DNA of 64,000 nucleotides from assembly GCF_006345805.1 (NCBI RefSeq), contig NC_042998.1:86242001-86306000 (forward strand), in the 5' to 3' direction. The notes below the pieces were generated by a model that had not been told where the DNA came from, ran no database searches, and saw only the letters and a list, made by a program, of their open reading frames with translations. Both the position numbers and the translations under genes were made by a program. This stretch comes from Octopus sinensis (taxonomy: Eukaryota). Below, one piece after another: positions 50,201 through 64,000 of this stretch (the stretch's first letter is position 1; the number at the start of each line of letters is the position of its first letter).

Positions 50201-53200
50201 CAGTGGTGGGCATGGTTCTTCTAATATGCTAACAGCTAAGTAGTGAAGCTAACTTTTCATTTAGTCAATTAGCATTTTTGCTAACATTCAAAACTGTTAA
50301 CAGACCAATTAGCTTCAGCTAAATTTGGTTCCACTAACTTAAAGTGTGCTGACAAAATTTGTACATTTATTCCTGGCTGTTGTGGGCATGTCTTGAAGTG
50401 TCCATAAGGCACTCTATTGGCTGACTACATGTACATGTAACAAGACAAAATCAGTCAATGCAGCAGCAGTTAGCTAAGCAACATTGTGTAATTCCACAGT
50501 TTTGAGTTGTGTTCACTTACAAAGTTGTCATATTACAGACAATCTTACAGTATCAGCAACAGCACTGTATGCTATTGGTTTATCAAATTATGACTTATCG
50601 TTATGGAAGGTGAAGATGTTTTTGTTCGGCCTGAGGAAGAAGGGCCTGTTGAGAAGTCTGCAACGGTTGTGGGTCAGGGAGAGTTCACTCAGGTTGAGAG
50701 CCAGGAGTCTCAGAACCCATGGACTCCACCTTGAGGACTACTTTGTCCTTACATCAAGAGATAAGAAGAATGCCAAAATCCTGTACTTCTGGTATGTCAT
50801 GTACCAGCCCAAGGAGACCACCATCAAGAGACAAGCAGCGAGCCTCTACAACTTGAAGTCACATGTCAAGAGGAAATGCCCAGTACATGCCATCCAGTTT
50901 GAGGAGAGGATCAAAGCCAGCTCATCCCATGGCAAACATAGGCAATCTTCTGGTAGCTATGCCAGAAGCCAGTCTTTGCAGACATGTGCAAAGAAAGCAT
51001 TCCAGCTCCGCATTGGCAAAGCATTTGCCCAAACTGCTGGTGCTGGTGCATGTAGTGGAGTCTCCCACCTTTGTCAGCCTATTCAAGGTGCTGAACACCA
51101 GCAAGATGTTGATGCCCTGCTGCACCCTGGGCAGGGTGATCTAGGCCTGCCATAAATAGCTAGAGGAATATCTTACAAGGTATTTATAAATTAAAATTAA
51201 GCAAGTTTATTAAATTATTATTATGGCAAACTTCGTATTTTCTTAATTTAATTTAATTATTTATCAAATAATTATATTTTTTATTTATGTAATAAAATGT
51301 ATAATAGCTAAGTGAAATAAATGTCATAATATGTAATATATATAATATATATATTCCACTCATGACTAAATCGTCACAGCCAAAAGAGTAATCTTTAATG
51401 AAATAACGAATAAACAAACCTTAAGTTCTGAACTTATCAAATTCCAGCCATCATTCCATCCCCCATCTCAGTTGTTCATCCCCCCACCCCAACATGTCAC
51501 CTATCAGTGTAGTGTCACTATTTTCAAAAGTTTAATAACAAATCTTTAAATTATGAGCAATATTTCTGTGAATTTAGAACACACTAGTAACAAACGTTAA
51601 ACTACAATCTGTGTGATTTCTATAAACAAAATATGAAAGTGATTAAATCAGTGAAATTCAAGAAATTATTTCTTAATGCTGAATATAATTTAAAAATGTA
51701 AGTAAAAATTAAGCTTTTTGATATAATTAGTCTTTAGCATTTTTGCAAACAATCAAATGTCCTACATCTTTCCTACATATGAAAAATTGTACAAACCACA
51801 TGCTCACAAAAACCATTGCTGTTTGTGTGAAGTTGCAGATGAGAGGCTAGTTTTTTGGGGGTTTTTTCTTAGTAGGCCTTGAACATACTCTGTATCAGTT
51901 TATATATATAATTTTAAGTTTTTAACTTTACAACTTATGTCTCTTTACAATTTAACATTTTTTAATTACAGATTACTCAAGGATGTCCCTAGGTGGTGAC
52001 CACTGAGAAATGCTGGTCAGACTACAAGACAACATGCTATCCTAGCCTGCTCTCAGCTCAGATGAGATCACACCTTTGATGTTCTTTCCCAGGCTATGGT
52101 GGACACCCTTTACAAGTTCCATTTGCAAGACAAGGTGACCAGGACTATGAAGAACAATGGCACAAACTTTGTCAAGGCATTTATGCAGTTTGGTACAGAA
52201 GTTGAACACTCAGACATTCCTGAGGCTGCTGCTGATCCTGACATGGAGGTCGTTGAGGATGTAGACCTGGATCCTGAGGCTGGAAGACGTGAGTATGTCT
52301 CTGTTAATGCCATCCAGTAGTTTGGGCCTCAACCTGCCAGCATACATGAAGTGCGCAGCTCATACCTTCAACTTGGTAGCCAGTCAGCCTACAGAAAGGC
52401 CATGTCCAAGGCACAGCAGCTGTGGAATCTGCAGGGCTGCAGCATGATGGTGGCAAACAGCATTCTGGATGTGTTGAAGAGAGGAGGCTGGTGGTCCCTA
52501 ACAGTACCAGATGAAACTATACTTATGATTGTTATTGTTGTCCTCAAGAACTTTCTGTAGAAGAATAAAGTAGCTATCCACAGGGTGATGACACAGCTGA
52601 AGCTGTAGACCTTCACTGATTCTGATGTTAGCTTCCTGATGGAGTAAAGTGATGTCTAATGTTACCAAGGCCTTGAATAAAATCCAGGAGGAGGACCAGG
52701 CCTATCTCAGGAGCCTTCTGCCAACTGTAGTGGCTACTGTCATGAAGTTGAAGGAGGCCAAGTTCAAACATCTCCTGACTAGCAACATGACAAGATTTGG
52801 GTTCCTCCTAGAAGACCTGGAGTGCCAACTGGCCACTGCCTTCCACCCCAAGTTTCATCTGTTCTGGCTGGAGCAGTATAATAACAGCCAGGTTAGCAGA
52901 GTAACAAATGTCATGAAGATCATTGTAGAGACAGCTCTAATGGAGACCAATGAGGAGAGCGGCAGCACCACCAGCAATGAGGATGAGGAAGACAATGTCT
53001 TCAGCAACATCACCCAGTTCCAGGAGAGCAGGAACCACAGGTCATTGAAGTCTAAAGTACAGAACTTGGTGAAGAGCTGGCTGGAAGCTGTCTTAAAGGA
53101 GGTCCTTACTGGTCACCCTTTTTTGGTGAGCAGGTCTTGATCAACCTGTTTACCAGGTATAACAGCACCATCCCATCCAGTGCTGCAGATGAGCTCCTAC

Positions 53201-54140
53201 TCTCTGTAGGCAAAGATATTTTGAGGGCTAGGGAGCCACCCTGTCAGATCATAACTTTGAGAGGCTGATGTTTATGAAGGGCAACCAGCATCATGTCGAG
53301 GTGATGGAGAAGGCCCAACCAGAGTAGTACACCTTGATTATCTGATCTTGGCATACCTATACTTTTTGATTCATTTAATACTTTTTGTACAGTAAATAAA
53401 GTGTATTTTTTCTTTTATCTTTTATTTGTTTCAGTCATTTGACTGTGACCATGCTGGAGCACCACCTTTAGTCGAGCAAATCGACCCTAGGACTTATTCT
53501 TTGTAAGCCTAGTACTTATTCTATTGGTCTCTTAAGCTGAACCACTAAGTTATGGGTATGTAAACACACCAGCATCGGTTGTCAAGTGATGTTGGGGAGA
53601 CAAACACACACAAACACTCACACACACACACACATTTGACGGGCTTCTTTCAGTTTCTGTCTACTAAATTCACTCCCAAGGCTTTGGTTGGCCCGAGGCT
53701 ATAGTAGAAGACACTTGCCCAAGGTGCCATGCAGTGGGACTGAACCCAGAACCATGTGGTTGGTAAGCAAGCTACTTACCACACAGCCACTCCTGTGCCT
53801 ATGTATGTTGACTAATGTTTAATTTCATTTGTTCATTTAATTAATTGTGTACACCTTGATCATCATCTGATCTTGGCATGCTTTACCTTTTTGGAAAGCT
53901 GTATGTCTAAGCTACAACATGGAAATTTCAGCTCTCTGAGTCTGCTTTTAAGGGTTTAAGAGCCCCCAAAAACCAAACCAAAGCTAAATTCATATGGTAA
54001 AAGTTAGCGGTTATCAGTTAGTGCCAGCTTCTGCTAATTTTTTTACCTGTTCAGCAGTTTAGTGTTTGCGAAGTTAATTTTTTAGTTACTGGATTAGCAG
54101 ATAGTGAAGCTAACTTTTTGGTTAGCTGTGCCTACCACTG
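50201..54140 (+). mobile_element. Tol2/Ac-like hAT transposon, complete termini, degraded transposase
   Basis: TIRs cagtggtgggca / tgcctaccactg, perfect 8-bp TSD GTTAATAC, subterminal agctaac repeats. DHTFDVLSQAM, NGTNFVKAF, CAAHTFNLVA, HPKF, NSTIPSSAA resemble Tol2 transposase motifs. Confidence 0.92.
53405..53801 (-). mobile_element. Full-length tRNA-derived SINE inserted in the Tol2-like element
   Basis: Same head as 6545-6790 (taggcacaggagtggctgtgtggtaag...) plus the 3' tail region. Confidence 0.88.
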
Positions 54141-54734
54141 GTTAATACAATGAATGAATATCATTGATAATATGATTAAAAAATATGTTCCATTCCCAAT
54201 GATTTTCTCTGGAAATATTCTCTGAAATAGCAATGGTAAATTCCATATATTTTAACTTTCTTTGAATTGGCTTTTGACCACATCGATTCAGTTACTAGAT
54301 TCACAAAATTCACTTGATGGTTTATAGATGAAGATTCTCCATTCTTTAAACCCCACCCCTCCCACACACCTTTTGTTAAAATATTTATAAGAGACAAAAA
54401 TAGTTTCTGTCTAAATGCTTTAATTTTCAAAAAGTTTCAAGAATGGTACTTTTTACTATGAATATGGACTGAAAGACAAGGAGCTAGCAGAATCATTAAC
54501 ACACTGGACAAAATGCATAGCAGTATTTCTCATGGCACATTTACTCTTTAAGTCTTTTGTCTCTTCAGAGTAGGTAAAATTGATACAACTATTTACATCA
54601 ACTTGATGTAAATAGTTGGCAGAGTTTCTTTAACTCACATCCTTTAATCATAAATGTATACAACTGAGGTTGAGCTGGAGCTCAACAACAACAACAACAA
54701 AGAAGTAGCACACACACACACAAATATATACACA

Positions 54735-56388
54735 CTAGCAGTATCGCCCGGCGTTGCTCGGGTTTGTTTTGACCCGCTGGAATTGTAATTTTGAAAAGTA
54801 AAAATTTTGTGAACATTTTTCTGGTCGAAATACACCGAAAAGTGGTGACACAGCAGTGAAAAAATCGTAAAAAATAGGGATTTTCATAGAAAAAAGCATC
54901 TTTTTGATGTAAATAATTTTTGGTGTTAACATGGTCCGATTTGAATTTTATGTTCTACGGAAGGAAGAGCAACCCTTCTTCTACCATACTCTCAATTTTG
55001 GTCAACTTGCGCCGCAGGGTCTCGGAGGAGATAGTGTTAGTTGAAGGTTACCATTCTAGGTGCCTGAGTAACAACCTCGCGGATTTACAGATAAATGAAT
55101 TAATTACTATTTTACAGAATAAAATTAAATAATTCTAGAAAATTAATTAATATTAATATTTTTTGAACAAAGTAAATAATTTTTAAAACTTAAATAATAA
55201 TTTTTTTACACAAACGCGAACGGGGAAAAGGGGGTGGCGAATTCGATTTACATACCTAAATTTTTTCTTTTTCATGACATTGTAGCAAGATAGTAGTGAA
55301 TTATATAAATACCAGCAGTACATTTTTTTTCTGGGGTATTTTTTTTCAACCTCGTCACATATTTGCCCCTTTCAATTTAAACAAAGTCTTAATTAAGCAA
55401 TTACGGCAGCTTAGCAATGGTTTCAATACAGGCGTGACATGTGTATCTCAATTGTTCAAAACCCTTCGAATTTTTTCGCACGTGATGATATCATAGTGAA
55501 AACTTTCAATTACGCGCGCTTAGAAGTACGCTCACAAATTAATACTACCAAAATTTCGAAGTTCGCGCTCCGCTTGTGTGTGTGTGTGTGTGCGTGCGTG
55601 CTTTAGGTGTACGTAGGTATGTGTTTTTGTGTGTGTGTGTCACTGAAGCCATACATACATATATACATACATAACCTCTCTCTCTCTTTTCTCTCTCAGT
55701 CACTCACTACAAAAAGTGAATAAAAAAAGTTCAGTTATTTCTGTCTTTCACTCTGTCTGTCTCTTTACACACACTAACAAAAGCACTTCACTTACACACC
55801 ACACTTTGTGTCGCACAACCCATCAAACACACACACACACACACTCACGCACGCACACATGTACATCAATGCTTTTGGAGTGAAATGCTAAAATATTGAG
55901 TTTTCTTGAATTTTGTCTTAATTGGGGGTGAAATTGAAAGAAATATATTATGGCATGACCGAATGGAGTACTTTGAAAAATCTTAGGTAAACTCTAATTG
56001 AAGAAATTGTGTGAGGAGTAAATCGTTATGTATTTATTTGTTTCTGTTTGCTGTGTTTTTTTATTTTTTGAGTAGTGGTTTAAATACTTTCAGTTTAGTC
56101 TTCCTCAAATCACTCTGTCGCTATTTACTTTCATTTTATTCGTTGCACACTGTGTGTGTGCGTGTGGTGTAAACCACATTAAGAAAAGCATTTGACATAC
56201 ACACCAGAATGTGAGTTTTCTGTAAATTTTGCTTAATTGGAGTTTAAATTTTAAAACTGGACCTGGCATGACCCGATGCATTCTACTCTTAAAAATGCTA
56301 GGTAAATTGTAATTGAAGAAATCCTATATTGTAGATTTCTATAAGTTGCAAAGGGAGGCAGATAAAATCTGCCTTTTATAATAAGAGA
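54735..56388 (+). mobile_element. Helitron-like non-autonomous element
   Basis: 5' ctagcagtatcgcccggcgttgctcggg; 3' hairpin ggcagat-aaa-atctgcc followed by ttttataataagagat. Confidence 0.65.
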
Positions 56389-56444
56389 TACACACACACA
56401 TGCATGCACATATGATGGACTTCTTCCAGTTTCCATTTACCAAT

Positions 56445-59400
56445 TACATTTCTTTTCTTCCCTACTAAAATATGCACAGAACTGTCCACATATTCCAATG
56501 AACCTTTTGGCTGGTGTAAATAGATAATCATCCTTCAGTTACACATTTGTTGCTTCCAACTTTAATGTCATATCACCTGATGAAATGAAGGCATGAAGTA
56601 AGATCCCTCTGACATCCATAGATATTATGGATCATCCTGTAGTCATCCCAGAAATATGGACTATGATCATGAGAAACATGTTGCGATGCATTAAAATATC
56701 TACAAATTCTGTCCATGGATTATTATTATTATTATCATCATTATTATTACTATTTTATTTATCCATTATATCAGCACAGCCTGCTGCTGACCCATATAAC
56801 TGTTATTGCACATGTTTGCACCTCTCTGACCAGACTACTGATGACAAGCACCAACCTTTTTGCTAACTCCTTGTTCAACACCTTAAATTCTGTGTTATTA
56901 GAATTAAAGACTGAAAATTCCCTAGCATGCCCCCATTGCTAGCGTCCTTTCTCAACAGCATTATCCTACCCCAGCTAACATCACTAGGAATTCTGTTCTG
57001 CTATCAGTTATAGTAGATGTCTGCCAAGAGGCTAGCAGACAAATCTGACATAAATACATAGAATTCATAGGGCAAACCATCCAAATGGGTAATTTGTGGC
57101 TTGTACAATCACTCATCACCTACCGTATTTTAGTGGCTGTAATCAGCTTTGAGAAGAATTTTATGTTCACTACCAAGTAGGGCATCCGGGTATGAAGTAA
57201 AGTCAGCTACCATCATTGACCCATTAAAGTGCTGCTGGAAAACTGCACACATCTGCTAGGAACTGAGTACCACATGCCCATCCTGATCCTTCAAAGATCT
57301 GATTGTGGTTTTATTGCCACATTGCATTTCAACCATTCAGGCTCATCAGTTGACTTTTGTTCCTTCGTGTTTTAGCACACAGGCCTTAGCTCTGACAACA
57401 CATCTTTTATGTGTCACCTCAAAGAAAAGGTCAAGAGCTATTCCCACTGCTAACATGTTGGTCATGATGCCCTTACTAATCGCCTCTTCTAGTTTACTAA
57501 CAAGTTCACCCTCTATATTTGTTTCTATTGCTAAATCTTTGCTAAACATTATAAATTCTACTCTAATCGCTCTCTACATGGCAATCCACCTCCAGTTGTT
57601 GATGATTGTCCTTGTCAACTGCTACTTAACTAGTTCACTAATTTGGTCCTGTAGTCTTTGCATTCCAATAAGGATGCAGTCAACCTCAGTAACCAGATCT
57701 CAGTCAATGGGTCCAATCTAAATTGAATGTGCATATCACAAATTTGTGATCTGTGTAGCCAACCAGTTTACCTACACTATCCTTATCATCTGACCTAATA
57801 AACACCCTATCTAAATACGATCTGGATGACCCACTGTGGTTGCTCCATGTCCATACTGGCATATCAGGAAAATCCAGTCAGTACCTGCAAGATAGCTGGA
57901 AATTTCTGAGCTGGTTTTCAAAGCTTTTACACCCTTTTCTGCTATGTACTAAACCACACAGTCCTTCCATGTGCCCAAAATACTATTCCAGTCTTCCACC
58001 ACTACTTAAGTGCAAGATGTTCCTAAAAATGTTTCTAGATGCCTGAAGAAATCTGGCCTTCCAGCATCTGTTGGTACATAAACTGCCACCAGTCTAAAGG
58101 CACCACCTTCGCTGCCATTCATGTCCAGGACCACCACCTTACCATCTGGGTTCAAAAAGATAGCCTCTACTTGGAGATCTAAGGATTTCTGAAGTAGCAC
58201 TGCCACCCACTCCCACAAGATGAGAATATCTCACAGATCTCGAAAATGGATGCTAGAACATGCTTTCCAGAAATTCTTGTTTCACTGATGACAGCCACAT
58301 CTAAATCAATTGACTTGAGATTGTGGAGCAAGTGACCTTACTTCCAAGCTAATTCCAGGCCATTCACATTTACACATCCCACTATCAGCACAGTCATGCT
58401 AGTTGGAGAAAGTAAAAAAGGAGGTCACTCACCTTGATTCTCAAGAAGTCCAGGAGTTCTGGACCTCTCTACTAATGAAAGTTTTTTAAAGGCCCTTCCA
58501 AAAGTATTTTGTTAACTGATTTTAAAAGATCCCATATAAACATCTGAGGACGTTTTAATTTATAACCTGCCCTTTGGGATTTTGGGGATGAAATCCTCAA
58601 ATTCCTTTCCCTCTGTCTCAATTTTGCTTTTATTTTGATATACAAAATCCATCAATTCACTGTTGCATTTGTTCCCAACAGTGAAATTGATGGATATATT
58701 TCACCTACAGTTACCAAGTATTTTCTTATTTTTGCAATTTCCTTTTTAGTTGTTTCTGTGTTTCTATGCTGTTTCTATAGTCATTGTTCCTGCTGGAGTG
58801 GCTGTGAATTGGGCTGTAGTTGTAGTTTTGTATATCCTTTTGCTGTGTTCTTGGCGTAGGGTTGTGTATCTGCCCTTTTTTGTCACAGTGATCCATTGTT
58901 CAGTCACTCTTCTTTCTCCATTTCATTGGTGTTGTAGTTAGTTTGATGGGCAGGGCATTCAAGAGGGGTTTGCTTTTCCAAAGTAGCTGAGAGTAAACTT
59001 CTTCGCTGTCTTGGTTTGGGTGTAAGTGTAAGAGTCTTGAGCACATCCTCATGATTTTGTGCTTGTGGTGTTTATAGTTTTGGCAATAGTGGGAGTTTTG
59101 TTTTCCTTGTTTGAAGACAGAAAGCTTCTAAGTGAGTCACAGATCCACATATATGGCATCTTGGCTTTCTACCCTTTACTAACACTGACAGGTGAATACC
59201 ATCTGAGAGGTCTATCAGGTCAGGTAGCTCATCGATATAGGTTTGCTTACATTCCAAGGTCAATTCCATACCTGTACCAGACCAGTTTTGTTGAGATATT
59301 TTCTTTGCCTCCAAAATAGTCACCTTGTCTTCCTCTATACCAGCCAAGGCAGTTGCCACTAACCAGGTGATGGATAATTCTGGTGACATGTTTATCACTG

Positions 59401-59600
59401 TCAGCAAAGCATTGGCCATAGTAGCTGGAGATTAAGAAGTCTCCATTCTTCAGTCATTGTGGAATGACACGTGGCTTCTTCAGTCCCAAATCTTACTTCA
59501 ATTGTCCCAAACTTTTTTCCTCGGGGAGTACAGGTCTTCTATTCCCACACTTGCCCAAGGCATTTTTGTATCTGGCTCTCAGAAGTATTTTCCACCTAGT
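56445..59600 (-). mobile_element. Tx1/L1-clade LINE, degraded: ORF1 with CCHC knuckle, ORF2 APE endonuclease and partial RT
   Basis: ORF1 PRCHICGSVTHLEAFC; ORF2 starts near 58397 (VGCVNVNG); FRLVAVYVPTD...FFRHLE. The 3' part is cut off near the Helitron. Confidence 0.85.
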
Positions 59601-60419
59601 GTGATTTTGCTCCAATGCAGTGGTATGTAACCATGCATCGCAAGATATTTTCAATCATGTTAAGTGGAGGGTTTAAGGCTACTCTTCTTCCATTCTTTTT
59701 AACAATTTTTCTGGCCTATTTCAATTCTTCATCTATGGGAGAAATCTTCCAGATTTCTCGTAGCAATTGCAAAAGAAATCCCTGCTGCAGCATTGCTTGC
59801 CACTTTAGCAGCTGCAGTAGAGGTAGTTGTGGTGGCAGTGGTGACGTTCAAGTTTCTTTTAAAATTTTCTTTGTTTATCTTCCCTTATCTAAGTTTCACT
59901 TCTTTATTATCAGTATTGTTATTGAAGTTGTTATTTTTGCTGTGGTCACCAAACGTTTTGTTGTTCAATTACTGCTTTACTGTTTTGATGCTACTTAAAG
60001 ATGAAAATGTATTTGCCTTGGTTTTTGTTTTCACTGGTGTGGTGGTTATGTCACTTAGTGTAGCCATTGCTATGACAGTATTCTTTTTTATCTTCAACAG
60101 GGAATGCATCCATCATCGAACATTACGATGACTTCTTTATCAGCCATGTTTCAATGTATATGGAAAATAGAAAAATATTTGCTTTTCCCGTTAGTTGATG
60201 CAAGTCAAAATGTTGATGTGTACCTTCAACAAAATACAGGGTGTTTCTGAACAAAAATCTTATCAACGCAGTTCTGACAATGTCAGAAAGAAGATGGTGA
60301 CAATAAAAATGAAAAAAAAAAATGGGCCACAAAAGGCTGAAAAGATAATAAATGCTCTTACAGTTTACGGAGCTTTGAGTTACCATGTCTTCCTGGTATT
60401 ATTATAATAATAATAAACC

Positions 60420-63400
60420 TTAATACCTCTTTCAAAATTGCTCAATGATGTACAATTTGGCTATAAGATTTTTGATAAAAATATAAATCATCTCTTTTAC
60501 ATGGATGATTTAAAGCTCTTTGCAAAAAGTGACCAACAACAGCAGGGCTTACTAGTAATTGTTAAACAGTTCAGTGATGATATCAGGATAGAATTTAGCC
60601 TTGATAAATGTGCAAAATGTCATAAAGGAGTTAGAACAAGTGGAAAGCTACAAATACCTAGGTGTATTGGAAGGTGATGGAATTAAACATTCAATGATGA
60701 GGGAAAAGATTAGAAAAAAATGTTATTGCAGGGTCAGGGCAATACTCAAGACAGAGCTGAATACAAGAAACAGGATCGAAGCAATCAATACTCTGTGTCC
60801 CACATTATTGGGCAAATCAACCTTCTCTCAATAAATAAATGTATATTCATTCAAAACCAGCTATTTTCCCATTGACTGTTGGCTACACCTATCTGAGCAC
60901 ATTCTGTTAAAATAAATTGGATCTGCACAGATGAAAACAAATGGCAGCCATTTTTTTGATTGGGTAACATTTTCACTGTCAAAAGTTATAATAAAAATAA
61001 TTTTGTCAGAACAAACATTTATTTAATTCAACAGTAAAGGTTCAACAGTAAAGGACTTAATAGTAAACATAATAATATATTCGAATGAAAATAATCATGG
61101 GATTATGATGTCATGCAGCTCTTAATGTTTGATGTATGGGCCTGCACATGCAATAACTTATGCAATGATCCAATGAATTTGTCAGGGTGATGATATCCTC
61201 TTGTGTCATGCTTTGAGTAGCATCTATAATAGCATTCCAGAGGGCAACTTTACTTGAAAACTGCTGTCCATCTTCGTAAATGCACCTCTTCAGGACACTC
61301 CACAGGTTCTCAATCAGGTTTAAGTCAGGGGAACAAGGTGGCCACTCCATCAAACGACATCCAGAGAAGCCTATTTGCTGCAGGTATTCCTTAGTATTCT
61401 TCACTGCATGAGACAGGACATTATCTTGCATGAAGACTAGCTTTCTCTTGAATGAAAAACTTTGCTTTTTGAACAACATAAAGAAATTGTCCTTTAAGAA
61501 GATAACATGTTTCCAATGTCATCTTAATGCCATCTGGGACTTTCCATGATCTGACCATCATACTACCAACGATGCCAACCCAAAACATGACCCTCACCTC
61601 CCTCCCTCTGACATCTCAAATGATGAAGATGGTTCCCGCTGATTGATACCCAACCTTTACTCCAGCCATCTGGTCTGTCAAGGGTAGCATGGCATTTATC
61701 AGTGAACAGAACTGTTGAAAAATCTATCTTCATGTATTCTGTCATTTCAGTCTCTTCTGCTTATGAACAGTCTTCAGAGGGGTCTTTGTAACATTTCTGG
61801 CTACTTGCTTCAAGAGGTGATACCTGGTAGTTTTTGATATGTCTTCCCTGCCACAAAGTTTGAGACTTTTCTATTTGTCAGATATGGGTTCCACACAACT
61901 TCCCTTTTCACACATGACGAAGTATGATCTGAAGCAACCCTCAACTTACCTTTATCTGCCCTCAACTGAACAGAAATAGGAGACTGCACAAATTTCTTCA
62001 CTGTTTGATGATTTCTGCCCAGTATTTTAAATATTTCTATGGTTGTTTTTCCTTTTCCAGGCTCTGACACGATAGTAGACTTCTCATTCGAGATAAGATC
62101 ACATTTCTGACCAATAATGCCACTTAAATTGGGCACCTGCCTAATAATTTGGGACAGCAGAAATGTTGCTGCTACACGATAATGGCTGCCATTTGTTTTC
62201 ATCAGTGCAGATCCAATTTATTTTAACAGAATGTGTGCAGGTAGGTGTTGCCAACGATCAGTGGGAAAACAACTGGTTTTGAATGAATATACATTTATTT
62301 ATTGAGAGATGGTTGATTTGCCTAATAATGTGGGATGCAGTGTACTTTAGCTATACCAGTCATGACTTACAGATTCAATATTATTAACTGCTCTCTGTAA
62401 TCTTGACAGAAAAAATGAAAATTATTGACACCTAAGGCAGATAGAACAATTTTATCTGCCAAGAAAGGAAGGTGGCCGTGGACTTTTACAACTGGAATTA
62501 ACAATGAAGATTGCCACAATTGGTCAAAACTCCTACCTGAAAAACTGTGATGACTGTATGTTAAAACTTGTCTTAAAGCATGGAAACAAGAAAACATCAT
62601 ACTCAGTAACAAAACAAAGAAATATTTAAGTAAATTCCAAATACAACAAATCCCAGAAATAGACGTACTGGAAACAAGCACTGAAAAAGTTAAATGTATG
62701 AAAACCTGCGCTTAAACTGCTGCCTTAAATATTCTTACTGATAAATGACAAGAAGACCCTGTCAATGGCAAATACCCAAGGAGAGCTAATAATGCCAATG
62801 TTGACAAAGCCCTTACCCATCAATGGTTAGTGTTTTCTGGCTTAAAATCAGACAGAAGGGTTTATCATAGCAGCCCAAGATCAATGCCTACCTACAAGGA
62901 GCTACCAAGCCAACATATTAAAGAACAGCAGTAGCCCAACATGTGATATATGTAAACAACAAAATGAAGCCATTGATCATGTTGTCTCCCTGTGCAGCCT
63001 TCTTGCACCTACAGAGTATCTCAACAGACATGATAAAGCAGCACATTATATTCACTAGGCAATTTGCAAAGACTTGGACCTGCCCCATGATAAAAACTGG
63101 TGGGAAAACAAACCACCTCCAGTGCTTGAAAATGACCACATCTCACTCCTTTGGAATTTCACAGTTCAAACTGACAGAAAGATACAAATAGGCCAGACAT
63201 TATATTGAAGGTTTTCAGACAAAACTCATGCCTCTTCATCAATATGACTGTCTCAATCAACATAAATGTTTGTCAAGACCTACCAAAAACTGAGAAGGTA
63301 TAAAGATCTTGGAATAGAAACTGGCAAAATGTGGAACCTCAACAATATCTGTTGTCATAGGTGCCCTAGGACTGATAGCAAAAGAGGCTGATTGATACCT

Positions 63401-63795
63401 AGCTCAGATACTAGGAAATCCAAAAATGGAAGAAATTCAAAAAATAGTGCTTGTGGGAACTGCCCATATCCTACATAAAATATTGTCTATGTAATCCACA
63501 AAATATTTTATCTGTAAACAGTGTCAATATACTCTTAAATGTACATAACTGCAAACACCTTTTACTGTCATCTTAACATCAGACTATCATCTTATAGTCA
63601 AATTTCTAATTTACTTATGTTTTGACAGACATTCTCTAGAGCAATACTCTGTGCAAAACCAAATATTTGGCACCCTAGTCATGACACAAACTTGAACTTC
63701 AAAGTGGTCTCTTGAAGTCCCTGGGAGAGAGTTGGAGTCAACTTCTACAAATACAAATCAAAAGCCAAACAAATAATAATAATAATAATAAAAAA
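60420..63795 (+). mobile_element. R4/Dong-like LINE, 5'-truncated, flanked by (TAA)n, interrupted by Tc1
   Basis: NHLFYMDDLKLFAK, YKYLG, AINT|LAIPVMTY across the insertion, LPRKEGGRGL, AAQDQCLPT, LLWNFTVQTDRKI. (TAA)n at ~60408 and ~63773. Confidence 0.9.
60791..62342 (-). mobile_element. Tc1 (DD34E) transposon with ~165-bp TIRs
   Basis: TA TSD; TIRs 60791-60952 and 62181-62342. Motifs VLFTD, FMQDN, WPPCSPDLNLIENLW. Confidence 0.93.
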
Positions 63796-64000
63796 ATAAG
63801 TTAAGAAATTTACAAATTTACATATCTACAGTTTTCAAACACACAAACGATCAACTTTAAAAACTTTAAAATCCATAACTGCCTTGAATACTTATCCTTC
63901 CCTCTGTAAACATCCATTTTTTTTTCTTCTTCTTTCTAAAAACATCAGGCTTTTCTTTGTGTGGACTTACAAAAATACTATCTTTGGTGAATCTTAAAAC

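Noticed and set aside
50484-51155. 223-aa ORF as a host gene
   Set aside because: It is a mosaic of frames of the Tol2-like transposase N-terminus inside the TIRs.
59615-60131. Hydrophobic membrane-protein-like ORFs
   Set aside because: They appear to be the antisense of a Lys/Asn-rich R4-like LINE fragment.

Overview
AT-rich, microsatellite-rich eukaryotic genomic DNA. The SINE and repeat families look octopus/coleoid cephalopod-like; this is inferred from recognised repeat sequences, not from a database search. One host gene is present: a six-exon AVEN (cell death regulator Aven) orthologue on the minus strand (~41228 to 30726). Its exon 4 carries an in-frame TAG and a 1-nt frameshift as written here. 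Almost everything else is transposon-derived: R4/Dong-like restriction-endonuclease (RLE) LINEs, RTE LINEs, a Tx1/L1-like LINE, Penelope-like elements, three hAT families (one Tol2-like with a perfect 8-bp TSD), two mariners, a maT/DD37D-like element, a long-TIR Tc1, a Chapaev3-like element, a solo-LTR-like insertion, Helitron/Helentron-like and piggyBac-like non-autonomous elements, and tRNA-derived SINEs. The most notable observations are: (i) two tandem RLE LINEs each sitting between (TACA)n arrays, suggesting a tetranucleotide-targeting family; (ii) two hammerhead-ribozyme-like cores, one in a long CpG-decayed hairpin and one in a Penelope 3' region; (iii) the lesions in AVEN exon 4; (iv) an RTE with three C-terminal C2H2 fingers; (v) several ~100-bp foldback palindromes. 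No prokaryotic features (CRISPR, operons, rRNA) were seen.
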